A stretch of DNA of 64,000 bases. It comes from Nanobdellota archaeon. GTDB lineage: Archaea; Nanobdellota; Nanobdellia; Pacearchaeales; GW2011-AR1. The stretch covers positions 80,950 to 144,949 of the forward strand of contig JAJZAH010000002.1 in NCBI GenBank assembly GCA_021799535.1, in the 5' to 3' direction. The notes under the pieces were generated by a model, which did no database searches, was not told the origin of the DNA, and was given only the letters and a program-made list of their open reading frames with translations. Both the position numbers and the translations under genes were made by a program. Shown here one piece after another: positions 46,929 through 57,945 of the stretch (position 1 is its first letter; each line of letters starts with the position of its first letter).

Positions 46929-48737
46929 TTATCTTTTATACTTTATCGCTCTCAGAGAATTTATTATCACTGAGACGTCTATCACTTCCTGAAGAATCGC
47001 TCCTGCGATCGGGACAATGAACCCCCCTGCCGCAAAAAGCATTCCCGCAATACTGAGCCCCATTCCGGTCATCATGCTCTCTTTAGCTATCTGCATCGTT
47101 CTCTTGGAAATATTTATGGAGTCATAAACTTCAGAAAATCCTCCTCCAAGAAAGACAATATCGGCTGCTTCAGAAGAAGCTGTGTGTTCCTCATGGCTGA
47201 AGACCATTCCCGCATCTGAAAGGGCAAGAGCAGGGGCGTCATTTATACCATCACCTACCATCGCAACAACACGACTCCTGGCTTTCAGTTCCCTGATCCC
47301 TTTTTCTTTATCTTCAGGAGACATTTCAGACCTTACATCTATCTCGTGGTCAAGCGAGAGCTTCAGCTTTTCGGCTGTCTCTTTCTTGTCTCCTGTGAAT
47401 ATGTGTATACCTATTCCGGCTTTTTCCAGTTTCAAGATTATACTTTTAGCGTCTTCTTTCAGGATGTCTTCAAACATTATCTCTGCTATTACCTTTCCCC
47501 TTTCAAGCAAATGGAGGTGATTTGTCTCAGAGTCTTTTCCCTTAAGGAGAGTATATCTTTTTTTCCCGACTGTCCCGGATATTCCTTTTCCTATCTTCTC
47601 CTCAATGTCTTTTGCTGATAATGATATTATCTTTTCCCTTCTTGCTTCTGATACTATTGACCTTGCGAAGGGATGCAGGGAGTTTCTCTCTATCGCTTCG
47701 GCTATCTCAAGGATTTTTCTCCTGTCATATTTTTTGTCTTTCACCGCTATCTCTTTGAGTCTGGGCTTCCCAATGGTTATTGTTCCTGTCTTGTCAAAGA
47801 CGAGGGTGTCTGCCCTTGAGACAGCCTCGATTGCCGAAAGATTTTTTACTATTATTTTCCTTTTGGCGGAAGCACTCATCCCTCCTATAAGCGCGACGGG
47901 GGCTGCGATCAGAAGAGGGCACGGGGTTGCAATCACAAGCACAGCGAGAGCGTGGTCAAGGTCATGCCAGTAAAGGAAAGCTCCGAAAGCGATTATTAAG
48001 GACAATGCGGCGAAAAATCCATTGTACTTGTGCGCAATTCTTATCAGAGGGGACTTTTCTTCCTCGGCTTTTTTTACCATGTTTATTATCTGCCTATATG
48101 TCGAATCTTTGTCTTCTTTAGTGACTTTTACGATTATCCTGTTTCCTATATTAACGGTTCCGCTCCTGAGTATGTCCCCTTTTATCTTGTCCGCAAAATA
48201 AGGCTCCCCTGTAAGGGATGATTCATCTATCTGCGCGTATTCAGTTTCAAGCTCTCCGTCAAGAGGTATGACTTCACCCTTTCTCACAAGAATAAGAGCC
48301 CCTCTCTTCACATCTTTTATCTTTTCTTTTCTTGCCTTTGCTTCGCTTTCATAAACAAGAGCCTCGTCAGGTATTCTTTTTGAAAGGGCTGTGAGCGAGC
48401 TTTTCGCCCGTCTCTGCGCATATTTCTCAAGTCCGTTCCCGCTTGATATCATCAAGGCTATGACACTCCCTACAAGGTATTCCCCTGCCACGACAGAGAC
48501 TATAATTGCAAGGATAGCAATATAATCGAGAGCAAAACTTCTGTTTTTCAAAGTGGTGTAGCTCTCAACTATGAGCTGCACCCCTCCCGGGATTATCCCC
48601 ATTATAAAGAGTGCATACGCTGTGGGAAAATTATTCAGGGCGAATTCAAAAACGAGGCCAAATATTAAAGCAGCAAGTATGAAGACTGGGAAAACGAACA
48701 TCCCAAATTTCTCATAAAAGCTTTTCCCTTCTTTCAT
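46929..48737 (-). CDS. Heavy-metal P1B-type ATPase
   Basis: LTGE, ATPCPL, DKTGT, HP, GDGINDAPAL. Confidence 0.94.
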   Translation of the reverse strand: MKEGKSFYEKFGMFVFPVFILAALIFGLVFEFALNNFPTAYALFIMGIIPGGVQLIVESYTTLKNRSFALDYIAILAIIVSVVAGEYLVGSVIALMISSGNGLEKYAQRRAKSSLTALSKRIPDEALVYESEAKARKEKIKDVKRGALILVRKGEVIPLDGELETEYAQIDESSLTGEPYFADKIKGDILRSGTVNIGNRIIVKVTKEDKDSTYRQIINMVKKAEEEKSPLIRIAHKYNGFFAALSLIIAFGAFLYWHDLDHALAVLVIATPCPLLIAAPVALIGGMSASAKRKIIVKNLSAIEAVSRADTLVFDKTGTITIGKPRLKEIAVKDKKYDRRKILEIAEAIERNSLHPFARSIVSEARREKIISLSAKDIEEKIGKGISGTVGKKRYTLLKGKDSETNHLHLLERGKVIAEIMFEDILKEDAKSIILKLEKAGIGIHIFTGDKKETAEKLKLSLDHEIDVRSEMSPEDKEKGIRELKARSRVVAMVGDGINDAPALALSDAGMVFSHEEHTASSEAADIVFLGGGFSEVYDSINISKRTMQIAKESMMTGMGLSIAGMLFAAGGFIVPIAGAILQEVIDVSVIINSLRAIKYKR

Positions 48738-48891
48738 CTCATGCCCCTCTTTAGATTAAGACAACGGGGAAGTTTAAAAATTTTTTATATTATTTATAAT
48801 CTGATGTGGACTCTATTATTGGCTTATTCTATTTTTCTTTTGAAAAATCAAAAACATTTTTAATGTACCTTCTCTTTTAGTCTTCTGTAAA

Positions 48892-49797
48892 ATGGGTGTG
48901 GGAAAAGGTTTGCTTATCTCCTTTGTGTCGGTCCTTTTAGCAGCGTCTCTGGTGTTCCTGGGTGTTCTATGGAGTGTTCAGGCTTTTCTTTATCCTCAGG
49001 TTTATGAGCATGCATTGAATGAAAGCGGAGCTTATGCACAGATAAATTTGTCTGAACTCCCCGGAGGAAGCTTTGTAAAATTACCTTCGGGGGGGGTTCC
49101 CGTTCTTGTCGGCAATTATCTTTCGAATACTCTCTCTTATGTCCGCGGAGATTCTCCTGATCTTAATCTCACAATAGAAGTTGATACGTCAAACCTTACA
49201 AGTTTCCTGATAAAGAGCGCTGAGAATTTTCCTGTATGTGCCCAAGGGGAAGAACCATTCAACGGCAACACGCCTGTCTGCAGGCCAGCCTATGTGAACG
49301 TTTCGGATTACGTGAATCTCGTCATGAACAAGACAAACTTCAGCATACCTAAGAACGGGCAGATAAATCTCGTCAAGGTTTTTGGGATAAACATGAGTGG
49401 AATGGATGAAGCGAGGAATTACGCAAAAGGCTATCAGAATTACCTTTATCTTACATTTGCTCTTGTTATAATATTCACTGCCGTAATCTTCTTCGTCTCG
49501 GATTCTCGGACGAGGTGGAGCGGGATTGATTTTGTCTTTTCAGGAGTTGCGGTCTTTATTATTGGGAATGTGATTTCGACCCTGCCTCTTGGAAACTTGG
49601 CAGGTCAGCTGAGTTTTGTAAATAGCGTAATGGAGGACCTTATGGCCTCACTTTCTTCCCGCATGTTCTCCTATGCTTATGTCACAGGCGGGCTGGGTAT
49701 TATCATGTTTGTTCTGTCATTTTTTATAAAAAAGAAAAAATTGATTGATGCTAATGAAGGCGCTTCTACAAAACAGCCGCAATCGGGAAATACCTAA
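48892..49797 (+). CDS. Membrane protein with extracellular loop
   Basis: One N-terminal plus three C-terminal TMs; Cys pair in the loop. Confidence 0.75.
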   Translation: MGVGKGLLISFVSVLLAASLVFLGVLWSVQAFLYPQVYEHALNESGAYAQINLSELPGGSFVKLPSGGVPVLVGNYLSNTLSYVRGDSPDLNLTIEVDTSNLTSFLIKSAENFPVCAQGEEPFNGNTPVCRPAYVNVSDYVNLVMNKTNFSIPKNGQINLVKVFGINMSGMDEARNYAKGYQNYLYLTFALVIIFTAVIFFVSDSRTRWSGIDFVFSGVAVFIIGNVISTLPLGNLAGQLSFVNSVMEDLMASLSSRMFSYAYVTGGLGIIMFVLSFFIKKKKLIDANEGASTKQPQSGNT

Positions 49798-49875
49798 GAA
49801 ATGTTGCTATGAGATCCCCAGACAGTTCTTTTCAAGTTCATATATTCTTATAAACGCAAAAGGGTTTTTTACGAC

Positions 49876-50127
49876 ATGAAAGTTAAAGTGAAAAAGAGAA
49901 ATAAAGACGGTGTCGTGCGTCTTGAAAGTTCGGGGGTCATAAGAGAGATAATGATAAATGAAGACTTCTTGAGGCCGAAAGGTGCTTATGTTTCTGTGTG
50001 TTTCAAGGGCAAAGAGAGCTCAGGGATAATAGACCTGTCTGTGAAAGAGGTGGAAATACTCAATGAAGAAGTCCGTAAGAAAAAACGTCTTCTCGGGGAC
50101 GTACAAGTTATGAAATTTGAGAAGTGA
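49876..50127 (+). CDS. Small conserved hypothetical protein
   Basis: DGVVRLESSG..INED..FKGKESSGII. Confidence 0.7.
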   Translation: MKVKVKKRNKDGVVRLESSGVIREIMINEDFLRPKGAYVSVCFKGKESSGIIDLSVKEVEILNEEVRKKKRLLGDVQVMKFEK

Positions 50128-50297
50128 TAAATCTTTGATTCCTTTAGCCTTTAGTTTTCTCGCCTTTCTCTTTATGGTTTATTCTCATGAGCCCCGAAAT
50201 CAAGAAAATCATGGATCCCCCAATGCTTGTTAACATATCATGTTCATTTCTTATCTTGGGAAAAATGATATAAGAGGCTTATGGGCTTTTGGCCAAT

Positions 50298-50750
50298 CTA
50301 AAGTTCTCTTCCGGTGTATTTGTATAACAAGTATTTGTAAAAATTCAGGGCTATCAAAAGAAGCAGGAAGGCTCCGGCCTGGGAGAAAAAAATCGGAATC
50401 GTTACATGGCCCGAGTTTTTTATCAGGTATTCAGAAAAATAATACAGCGATGGATAATATATCAGTGAGGTCAGTATAAAAGCCACAGGCGTAAAATAAG
50501 CCATATCCTCGACGAATCTTTTACTGGAGAAGCCTCTCCTTGAGGTTTTTATCTTATCATAAATTCTAGTTGCGACCCAGAAAAGCGAAGCCCCAATTAT
50601 CGAGCCTATGACTGCGGATGTTGAGATTGTGCTCGCAGAGTTTGTCGAGTTAGACACAAGATAACTTGCAATCTGGGCCCCTGCTACGGCTCCAAACTCG
50701 CCGAAAATAATTTCCTTGTTGAAATTTATGAAATCTTCCGAAAATCTCAT
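50298..50750 (-). CDS. Membrane protein
   Basis: Hydrophobic; coupled to the GT2 gene. Confidence 0.7.
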   Translation of the reverse strand: MRFSEDFINFNKEIIFGEFGAVAGAQIASYLVSNSTNSASTISTSAVIGSIIGASLFWVATRIYDKIKTSRRGFSSKRFVEDMAYFTPVAFILTSLIYYPSLYYFSEYLIKNSGHVTIPIFFSQAGAFLLLLIALNFYKYLLYKYTGREL

Positions 50751-51487
50751 CTTTCAAAATAAGCGCTTTTTTTTTCTATTGGAAATTCATGACCCAGGAT
50801 AATCCTTGCATTTAGATATAAATATAATGCGACCAGCCTGAAGAAGCCCTTTTCTTTGAACCTTCTCGGGGATATGAAAACATTTCCGGGTTTATTGAGC
50901 ACTCTGAATTTATATCCCATCCTTGCAGCTTTTTTAGAATATGCTGAATCTTCCCCAAATTCAAGGTTGCCGAACCCTCCTATTTTTTTGTGGACTTCAC
51001 TTTTTGACATCATATAGTTTTGCATGAACGGGCTCTTTCCCTTTTGTGAGAGCCTGAGTATGATGTTATATATTTCATAAAACAGAAATAACCTGGGATC
51101 TTTCGATCTTGATGGTCTTTTATCCTTCCCTAAAACATAAGGGGTTATACCAACACCTGCTACGTCAAGTTTCCTTTCCACGAATTCATCGATAGATTTT
51201 TTCAGGAAATCTTTTCTTGGGATTATAACATCTGAATCTATGAATATGAGGATTTTCGCCCCCATGCGGATAGCTCTCCTTGCCCCGTTATCTCTGGCAA
51301 CTGCAGGCCGTCCGCCTTTGACAATGATACCTTTCCATCTTCTTGCGATGTCTCTTGTCCTATCCGATGAATTGGCATCTGCAACAATTACCTTGAATTC
51401 CATGAGATCCTGTTTTTTCAAAGATTCAAGAAGTCGAGGCAGATTTTTCTCCTCATTTTTTGTCGGGATTATGATCGCAACTTCCAT
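50747..51487 (-). CDS. GT2 family glycosyltransferase
   Basis: IIIPTKNEE, VADANSSDRT, FIDSD (DxD), GED, SPRRF. Confidence 0.92.
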   Translation of the reverse strand: MEVAIIIPTKNEEKNLPRLLESLKKQDLMEFKVIVADANSSDRTRDIARRWKGIIVKGGRPAVARDNGARRAIRMGAKILIFIDSDVIIPRKDFLKKSIDEFVERKLDVAGVGITPYVLGKDKRPSRSKDPRLFLFYEIYNIILRLSQKGKSPFMQNYMMSKSEVHKKIGGFGNLEFGEDSAYSKKAARMGYKFRVLNKPGNVFISPRRFKEKGFFRLVALYLYLNARIILGHEFPIEKKSAYFER

Positions 51488-51579
51488 GGCCTAAAAAAAA
51501 CCTGAGATTATTTAAATCCTGTGTAACCCTGTTCTCCCTTTTTAGCAATGTTAATAAAGATTTTTTGACAACTTACCGG

Positions 51580-52188
51580 ATGGTGAATCTTTTTTCGTTT
51601 GGCCAAATGTTCACTTTCGTGCAGTTTCACGGATATTTCCTGATATTTCTCATCATGATCATAGAAGGTCCCATCATAACGACTGCCGCGGCTTTTGCAG
51701 CTTCTCTGGGTTATTTTAATGTTTGGATAATCCTTGCTTTGTCTTTTCTTGGCGATGCTATTGGTGATATACTCGCTTATACTACAGGTTACTTTAGCAG
51801 GAAGAAACTTGTGGAAAGGTACGGGCATTTTTTCGGGATAAACGGAAGCGTGCTGGCAAAAGTTGATTCTCATTTCAAGAATCATCTTGGTAAGACAATG
51901 TTCCTTGTGAAAATGAGTTCTGTCTTATCTGTTCCTGGACTTATGATGGCCGGTGCAAGCAGGGTACCCCTTAAGAAGTATGTCTTCTGGAGCGCTATTT
52001 TCATACTCCCACGCGCGGTTTTTTTCGTCATTCTTGGTTATTCCTTCGGTGCGTTTGCGAATTCGGTCCTTAAGTATTATAATAATGCAGGCTATTACAT
52101 GATAGCCCTTGTCATAGGGGTTATTATCATTTACTGGATAGGAAGAAGGATAATAGACAAGATCATAAAATCAAAGAACGGAATATAA
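51580..52188 (+). CDS. DedA/VTT family membrane protein
   Basis: IIEGP, GDAIGD..Y..G, AGASRVP. Confidence 0.88.
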   Translation: MVNLFSFGQMFTFVQFHGYFLIFLIMIIEGPIITTAAAFAASLGYFNVWIILALSFLGDAIGDILAYTTGYFSRKKLVERYGHFFGINGSVLAKVDSHFKNHLGKTMFLVKMSSVLSVPGLMMAGASRVPLKKYVFWSAIFILPRAVFFVILGYSFGAFANSVLKYYNNAGYYMIALVIGVIIIYWIGRRIIDKIIKSKNGI

Positions 52189-52190
52189 AA

Positions 52191-52832
52191 TCAGTAATTC
52201 TCATCAAACTTTATCTTCCTGTCAAAAGCCCTGCTTTCATCAAGTTTCCTCATCTTTTTATACCACGAGTGATATGGTTTTACAATGGGAACGGATAAAA
52301 TTATCAGTATTATGCTCGCCCCGATTATTATCAGGTAATTGTCAAGAAACTCTTTATTGCCGAATGCCAGCGCTGAAACCACTATGAGAACTATAAGAAA
52401 GAAAATTCCCCTAAGGTACTCAAGGGGGAACAGGTCGAAGAACCATTTACCTTTCCCATGCCACCATATCTTTTCTTTCTTGAACTTTTTCAGCCCATAA
52501 TACGGATTGAACTCAAACCAAAGAAAATCTTCTATTAAAAGGAAAAGCAGCATAGCTATCAGAACATCCATTTCATTGATAGGACTCCATGGGACGCCGA
52601 AGAAGAAAGCCGAATGGAAAATAAAGAGCATGAACAAAAGCATCATCATATGATATCCGGACAGTGGCCTTTTCGCGGCGAGGTTCGAAAATACCTTTGA
52701 AAATCCTGATTTTTTATACCACGTTGGAAGTTTTCCTGCCCATCCGTTTTTCCCTTCAATCTCAATCTCCCAGAGCGCGAAAATAATTGCTGCAATGAAA
52801 ATAAAGATTGCAGTGAAGACAACTTCCATCAT
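52191..52832 (-). CDS. Conserved membrane protein
   Basis: EIEIEGKNGWAGKLPTW, EDFLWFEFNP; multiple TMs. Confidence 0.75.
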   Translation of the reverse strand: MMEVVFTAIFIFIAAIIFALWEIEIEGKNGWAGKLPTWYKKSGFSKVFSNLAAKRPLSGYHMMMLLFMLFIFHSAFFFGVPWSPINEMDVLIAMLLFLLIEDFLWFEFNPYYGLKKFKKEKIWWHGKGKWFFDLFPLEYLRGIFFLIVLIVVSALAFGNKEFLDNYLIIIGASIILIILSVPIVKPYHSWYKKMRKLDESRAFDRKIKFDENY

Positions 52833-52879
52833 GTGATGTGGAAGGGAATATTTATAAAATCTGCTTTCCCTTAAACAAT

Positions 52880-53836
52880 ATGAAAAGGTTGTTATCCCTC
52901 CTGCTGATTGCCGTTCTTTTGGCCGGCTTTGTAAGTTTTGTGCATGCTGATGATTCTGTTAATGTGAATACAGGTGTGGGAACTGATAAAGGGTCTGTTT
53001 CTGCCTCTGCGGACACGAATGCATCTTATAACCAGAGCTCAAGCGGCCAGGTGCAAAGTCAGGACAGGGAAAATGAGATGAACCAGTCTCAGTCTGATAT
53101 ACAGGAAAGATTAATGCATCCTCTGAATGATGGGGGGCAAAGTGAGTATGAAAACGAAAGTGTTTATTCTTACCGCAGTGAAGATGGGGTGAGGAACCAG
53201 ATTACTGTAAGAGCTCGTGTCGGAAACGATGGGGAGGTTGAAAATGAGGTTGAGATGCACGGATACAATGTTTCAGTTTCTCCAGGACTTGGAGTTAATT
53301 TTTCAGGATATAGAAATGGAAGCGGGGTTATGATGAGGGCAAGACTTTTGGATGGCCAGGAAAAAGAAGTCAAAATATTGCCTGATGTCGCATCGCAGAC
53401 TGCGATAAGCAGATTCCAGAGCAAAAATATAACTGTTGTATTAAAGCAGGTAGGCAATGGCACAAATGCCGGTGTAGTTTATGAAGCATCGGCGAACAAG
53501 ACCGTTGCTCTTCTTGGGCTGTTTAAGGTCAGGGCCATATTGCAGGCAGAGATAAATGCAACTAACGGGGAAGTTATGAAATACAACCAACCTTGGTGGT
53601 ATTTCCTTGCGTTTGGAGGGTCTGGGGCACCGAAGGAATATTCAAACGGGACGGCAAATGAAAGCGTTAATGCGACGAACGAATCTGCAGGGGTTGTAGG
53701 TTCTAAAGGAAATGTAACTGTCAATGCAACTAATGCGTCGACGGTGAACGGTAGCATCGTGGTTTATGACAACGCGACAGGTGGTCGGAACGAAACGATC
53801 ATAAATAACTACGAGCCTAACGGAAGCAAATTGTAA
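52880..53836 (+). CDS. Secreted/surface glycoprotein
   Basis: Signal peptide; many N-X-S/T sequons; INATNGEV..QPWW. Confidence 0.72.
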   Translation: MKRLLSLLLIAVLLAGFVSFVHADDSVNVNTGVGTDKGSVSASADTNASYNQSSSGQVQSQDRENEMNQSQSDIQERLMHPLNDGGQSEYENESVYSYRSEDGVRNQITVRARVGNDGEVENEVEMHGYNVSVSPGLGVNFSGYRNGSGVMMRARLLDGQEKEVKILPDVASQTAISRFQSKNITVVLKQVGNGTNAGVVYEASANKTVALLGLFKVRAILQAEINATNGEVMKYNQPWWYFLAFGGSGAPKEYSNGTANESVNATNESAGVVGSKGNVTVNATNASTVNGSIVVYDNATGGRNETIINNYEPNGSKL

Positions 53837-53868
53837 GCTCCGGGATAAATCAGACAGTCAATGAAAGT

Positions 53869-54162
53869 ATGATTATTCTTTATCTTGAATTGAACAACAG
53901 CCAGTTTCTCTCGAAAGAATTAGGTTTCATCAACAACACGATGAATGTAAATGGTAGTGTGATAACTTATAATACGACTGCAAACACATTCAGATGCAAT
54001 GGCGGGCAGCTGAACTCTGCGATCCATGTGGCTTCATATTCCCCAGGACATGGAGTGCTCGGCGGATTCTATGACACCTACATTGTTGACTGCGGAAATT
54101 TCTATTTGGTTTATAATCCTGGTGATGCCGGGCCAGAAATATATGGGCCTTTCTTCAAGTAA
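53869..54162 (+). CDS. Hypothetical protein
   Basis: 97-aa ORF; start uncertain. Confidence 0.5.
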   Translation: MIILYLELNNSQFLSKELGFINNTMNVNGSVITYNTTANTFRCNGGQLNSAIHVASYSPGHGVLGGFYDTYIVDCGNFYLVYNPGDAGPEIYGPFFK

Positions 54163-54238
54163 TTTTGCCTTAAGGGATGTTTAAAAAATAGAAAACGAAA
54201 CATAATTTTGTATTGGAGATTTTTGTGTTGTTGGCTTT

Positions 54239-55363
54239 TTAGTCCCTTTCAGGCTTATAAATAAATTTGTCTAAAGTTTTTTCGGCTTCTTTTCTTCTTT
54301 TCTGGTGTTCAGAGAGGAATTCATTTATCTTATCAATAAGGATTTTCTTGACTTCGCCGGATAACAGTTTCCCTTTGCTGTAATCTTCATAAATCTTTTC
54401 CAATTTATCGTCGTCCGGCTCGAAATATTTGAGCCACTGGCATGCCACATCCACTTCGACGTTCCCGCCGTATTTTCTCTGCTCTTCGGCTGTGTCACGT
54501 CCGCCTGAGAAAGCGTACTTGTTTATTTTTCTCTTGACTTCTTTGGGTGAATCTGTCATTAAGATTGCGCTATCGGGGTTCGAGGAAGACATTTTTCCCT
54601 CTATTCCAGTAAGGGGGGGCATGAATTTTGCATGTATTATCGCAGGCTTTTCATGGCCAAGCTTTTCAACGACATCCCTTGAAAGTCTGAAATGTACATC
54701 CTGATCTATCCCAAGCGGGATCAGGCATGGTCTTTTTTCATTTCTTAATACATTTGGGAGGAACACTGGGACTGTCTGCATTGCAGTGTAGAAAATACTC
54801 CCTATGTTGTTTGAATCGTTGAATCCAAAAGCTGCTTTTATAGACGAGAAAGTTATTTTCTTGGCTACCTTGACAGCTTCAGGGTACATTATCCCCGCGT
54901 GCTTAGTGTCTATAAGAAAATGGGTCTTTTTTGGGTCGAATCCGAGGGCTATCACATCAAGCATGTTCTCATGGAGCCATTTTTGTATCTCTTCCCATTT
55001 CGCCTCCTGCTTGAATAGGAATTTCTCCTCGTCTGGAAATTGGAACCAGACTTCAACGCCGAATTTTTCCTGAAGCCATTTCATAAAAATCCAGACACTT
55101 ATATGTCCTATATGTATAGGACCTGATGGGGCTCTTCCTGTGTAAAGGAAAAATTTGTTTCCTTTCCTGTATTCGTCAAAGATTTTTTTTAAGTCCCTGT
55201 AAGCGAAAAATATCCCTCTTCTGAGGTAAGGATGAATTTCTCCTGCGATATCTTCAATCTCCTTTAATACTTCAGAAGTTATTTTCTTCACCCCGAACTC
55301 TTTTATCAGTTTATCATAATCGATCTCCCCCTGAACTTCATAGGGGTTAACTTTCTGAGCCAT
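54239..55363 (-). CDS. trpS: Tryptophan--tRNA ligase (archaeal/eukaryotic type)
   Basis: IDYDKLIKEFG, YTGRAPSGPIHIGH, GIDQDVHF, KMSSS, YAFSGG. Confidence 0.97.
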   Translation of the reverse strand: MAQKVNPYEVQGEIDYDKLIKEFGVKKITSEVLKEIEDIAGEIHPYLRRGIFFAYRDLKKIFDEYRKGNKFFLYTGRAPSGPIHIGHISVWIFMKWLQEKFGVEVWFQFPDEEKFLFKQEAKWEEIQKWLHENMLDVIALGFDPKKTHFLIDTKHAGIMYPEAVKVAKKITFSSIKAAFGFNDSNNIGSIFYTAMQTVPVFLPNVLRNEKRPCLIPLGIDQDVHFRLSRDVVEKLGHEKPAIIHAKFMPPLTGIEGKMSSSNPDSAILMTDSPKEVKRKINKYAFSGGRDTAEEQRKYGGNVEVDVACQWLKYFEPDDDKLEKIYEDYSKGKLLSGEVKKILIDKINEFLSEHQKRRKEAEKTLDKFIYKPERD

Positions 55364-55803
55364 TTTTTAACTATGCGAAGTTTCTATATAAAGATTTTGA
55401 AAACATAACATAGAAATTCATATTTTGAAAAGTTAAGCTTTCTTTATGGGAAAGGAAGGTGAACTGAGTGAACTTATAAATCTTGAGGAGAGGGTATGAA
55501 ACCTTTTGGGAAGTATTACTTTTGGTCAGGTTAGGGAATTGAATTTTGAGTATTTTTCTTATATCACCAGCTTCCTGTCATGGTCGCCTTGGAGCTTATC
55601 AAAACCAAAGCCAGGATAAGCATAAGACATATTACTAATGCAAATTCTATTATGTGCACGAGCCGCTTGTGGGTCCTTCTTTCCATGCAAATCCGGGTCA
55701 TTTGTTATTAATATATCTATCTTTTTTGCGGCAAATCTATTTTCCGCTACCATACATTTTATAAATAAATCTCTCGTTAATTTTTAATAAAGAAGTGGTA
55801 AAA

Positions 55804-57945
55804 ATGAAGGAAGTTTTATCTGTCTTGGCTTTTTGCGTTTTTACTGCCTTATTTGTGTCTTTTGCATCCGCGGGTGCGGTAAGTTTTGCCAATCAGCCAA
55901 ATTCGGTTTATAACATGGGGGATAATATCAACGCGACTCTGACCATAAATTCCCAAAGTGCCTTCGAAAGTGTTGTTTCAATATACCTTGAATGTCCCGG
56001 CAGCAGGGTAGAGGTGTATAAAGAGTTTCTTTCTTTAAGTTCTCCTGCACAAAAAGAAGTTGTTGTCCCTCTTGTAAAATCCTTGATTGGCTATCAGTCA
56101 GGGATTTGCAGGCTTGAGGCTTATGAAGACAATGTTTCCGCGGCTGTTTCTGGGAATTTCGGGATCTCTAACTCTATAACAGTAGATCTTCTTGACTGGG
56201 GAAGTCCGATGAATCCGGGTCAGGAAATAAATTTTACCGGATCTGCCATAAAACAGGACGGAAGGCCTGCAAATGGGTTTTACAGCGCCAGGATTGACAA
56301 CACGACCCTGAGCGGCAACGTTAAAGACGGAGTTTTTAATCTGGAGCTTGCGCTTCCATCCGATTCAGCAGCAGGGCAGCATGAGCTTGATCTAAATGTT
56401 TCTGAAGAAGATTCCTCGGGCAATATCGTGAACTCCGGAAGCAAAATCTATTTCATAAATGTCAATCATGTCCCTACAAATGTCGAGGTGCTTCTTGACA
56501 ATACAAATGTGACCCCTGGAAAAAGCATAAGTGGGAAGATTATCCTTCATGATCAGACAGGTGAGGACATATCAGGCGGGGATGCTTATGTTGCTGTGAA
56601 AGACTCTTCAGGCGCGATTGTAGGCAAAATCGCAACAAAAACTGGAGATAAATTCAGTTATCCGATCAATTCGACTGAGCCTCCTTCAATTTTCACGGTC
56701 TCGGCTTATGCCGACGGAATAATAAACAGTGCTTACGTAAACGTACTTGAAAACAGGGAAGTGACCTCAGATATAATTAATAACACTCTGCTTCTGACGA
56801 ACACAGGAAATGTCTTTTACAACGATACACTTCTTGTGAGGATAGGGGAAGATAATGTGAGTGTTCCTGTGTCTCTTGGAGTTGGAATGTCGCAAAAATA
56901 TATAATAAGCGCTCCTGACGGAGAGTATAATGTCTCTGTTGGCAGCTCACATAGCACGGTTTTCCTCTCAGGCAATGCAGTAGACCTTCAGAAAGTGGAT
57001 GAAGGGAATTTGAACGTAAACATACTAATATGGGTTTTTCTTATTGTGATCCTTGCTTTGGGTCTTTATTTTATGGTGAAAAGAAATTATAAAAAGAAGT
57101 TCGTGACGAAAAAGAAAATTCTGAAGAATTCCACTGGAGATTTTGTCGTCGTGCGTCATGATTTTCAGAAAGGCAGGCAAGCGGAAGACAAAGTTTCGCA
57201 AGTTCCACCTGCAGACAAAAGCGCCCCCCTTTTCAATCCTGGGAGGAAGGTCGAGATATCACTTTCAATATCCGGGACCAAACAGAATTCTTCAGTTGGA
57301 TGTATCTCATTCAGGAATTATCCCGAGATAAGTTCGGGGGAGGGCAATGTGCGTGAGACTCTGAGCAAAGTGAAAGAGGCCGTTGAGGACTCCAAAGGTT
57401 TTGTCTATCAAAACGGAAGTTACCTGTTTTTTATCTTTGCACCTTCATTCACAAGGACTTTCAAGAACCAGAAGGAGGCTGTGGCTGTGGGCAAGAAGAT
57501 AAAGAGGGTGCTTGATGACCATAATAAAAAATTCAGGAAAAAAATAGAGTACGGACTTTCCCTAAATTATGGGCCTGTTATAACAAAACTCGAGCATAAT
57601 GTGATAAAATTCATGAGCCTTGGCACCATAATGATTTCGGCAAAGAAGATAGCTAATAGCTCAGACGGAAGCATTCTCATATCCGAGAGATTCAAAGAAA
57701 ATCTTGAGGATGGTGTCAAGGGTTCTCCTATGGATCTTGGAGGCATGAAAGCTTACAAGCTTGATAATCTTGTTGACAAAAACAGTCATTCTACCTTTTT
57801 ATCGGGCTTCCTTGCGCGTCAGGAGAAAGAGAGGCAGAAATCGGCTGAAGAGAAAAAACCTAAAACTGCTGCGCTTTCCTCTGAAGACACCTCTGTAATA
57901 GATGGCAGCTCAGAAGGAAGTGAGGATACGGAAGGGATTCTCTAG
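55804..57945 (+). CDS. Single-pass membrane protein with large extracellular beta-rich region and cytoplasmic class III cyclase-like domain
   Basis: Signal peptide; TM ILIWVFLIVILALGLYF; C-terminal YGLSLNYG..SLGTIMISAKKIA..GSILISE. Confidence 0.72.
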   Translation: MKEVLSVLAFCVFTALFVSFASAGAVSFANQPNSVYNMGDNINATLTINSQSAFESVVSIYLECPGSRVEVYKEFLSLSSPAQKEVVVPLVKSLIGYQSGICRLEAYEDNVSAAVSGNFGISNSITVDLLDWGSPMNPGQEINFTGSAIKQDGRPANGFYSARIDNTTLSGNVKDGVFNLELALPSDSAAGQHELDLNVSEEDSSGNIVNSGSKIYFINVNHVPTNVEVLLDNTNVTPGKSISGKIILHDQTGEDISGGDAYVAVKDSSGAIVGKIATKTGDKFSYPINSTEPPSIFTVSAYADGIINSAYVNVLENREVTSDIINNTLLLTNTGNVFYNDTLLVRIGEDNVSVPVSLGVGMSQKYIISAPDGEYNVSVGSSHSTVFLSGNAVDLQKVDEGNLNVNILIWVFLIVILALGLYFMVKRNYKKKFVTKKKILKNSTGDFVVVRHDFQKGRQAEDKVSQVPPADKSAPLFNPGRKVEISLSISGTKQNSSVGCISFRNYPEISSGEGNVRETLSKVKEAVEDSKGFVYQNGSYLFFIFAPSFTRTFKNQKEAVAVGKKIKRVLDDHNKKFRKKIEYGLSLNYGPVITKLEHNVIKFMSLGTIMISAKKIANSSDGSILISERFKENLEDGVKGSPMDLGGMKAYKLDNLVDKNSHSTFLSGFLARQEKERQKSAEEKKPKTAALSSEDTSVIDGSSEGSEDTEGIL

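Noticed and set aside
55447..55753. Short ORFs between trpS and the surface protein
   Set aside because: Competing short frames on both strands with no recognisable motif
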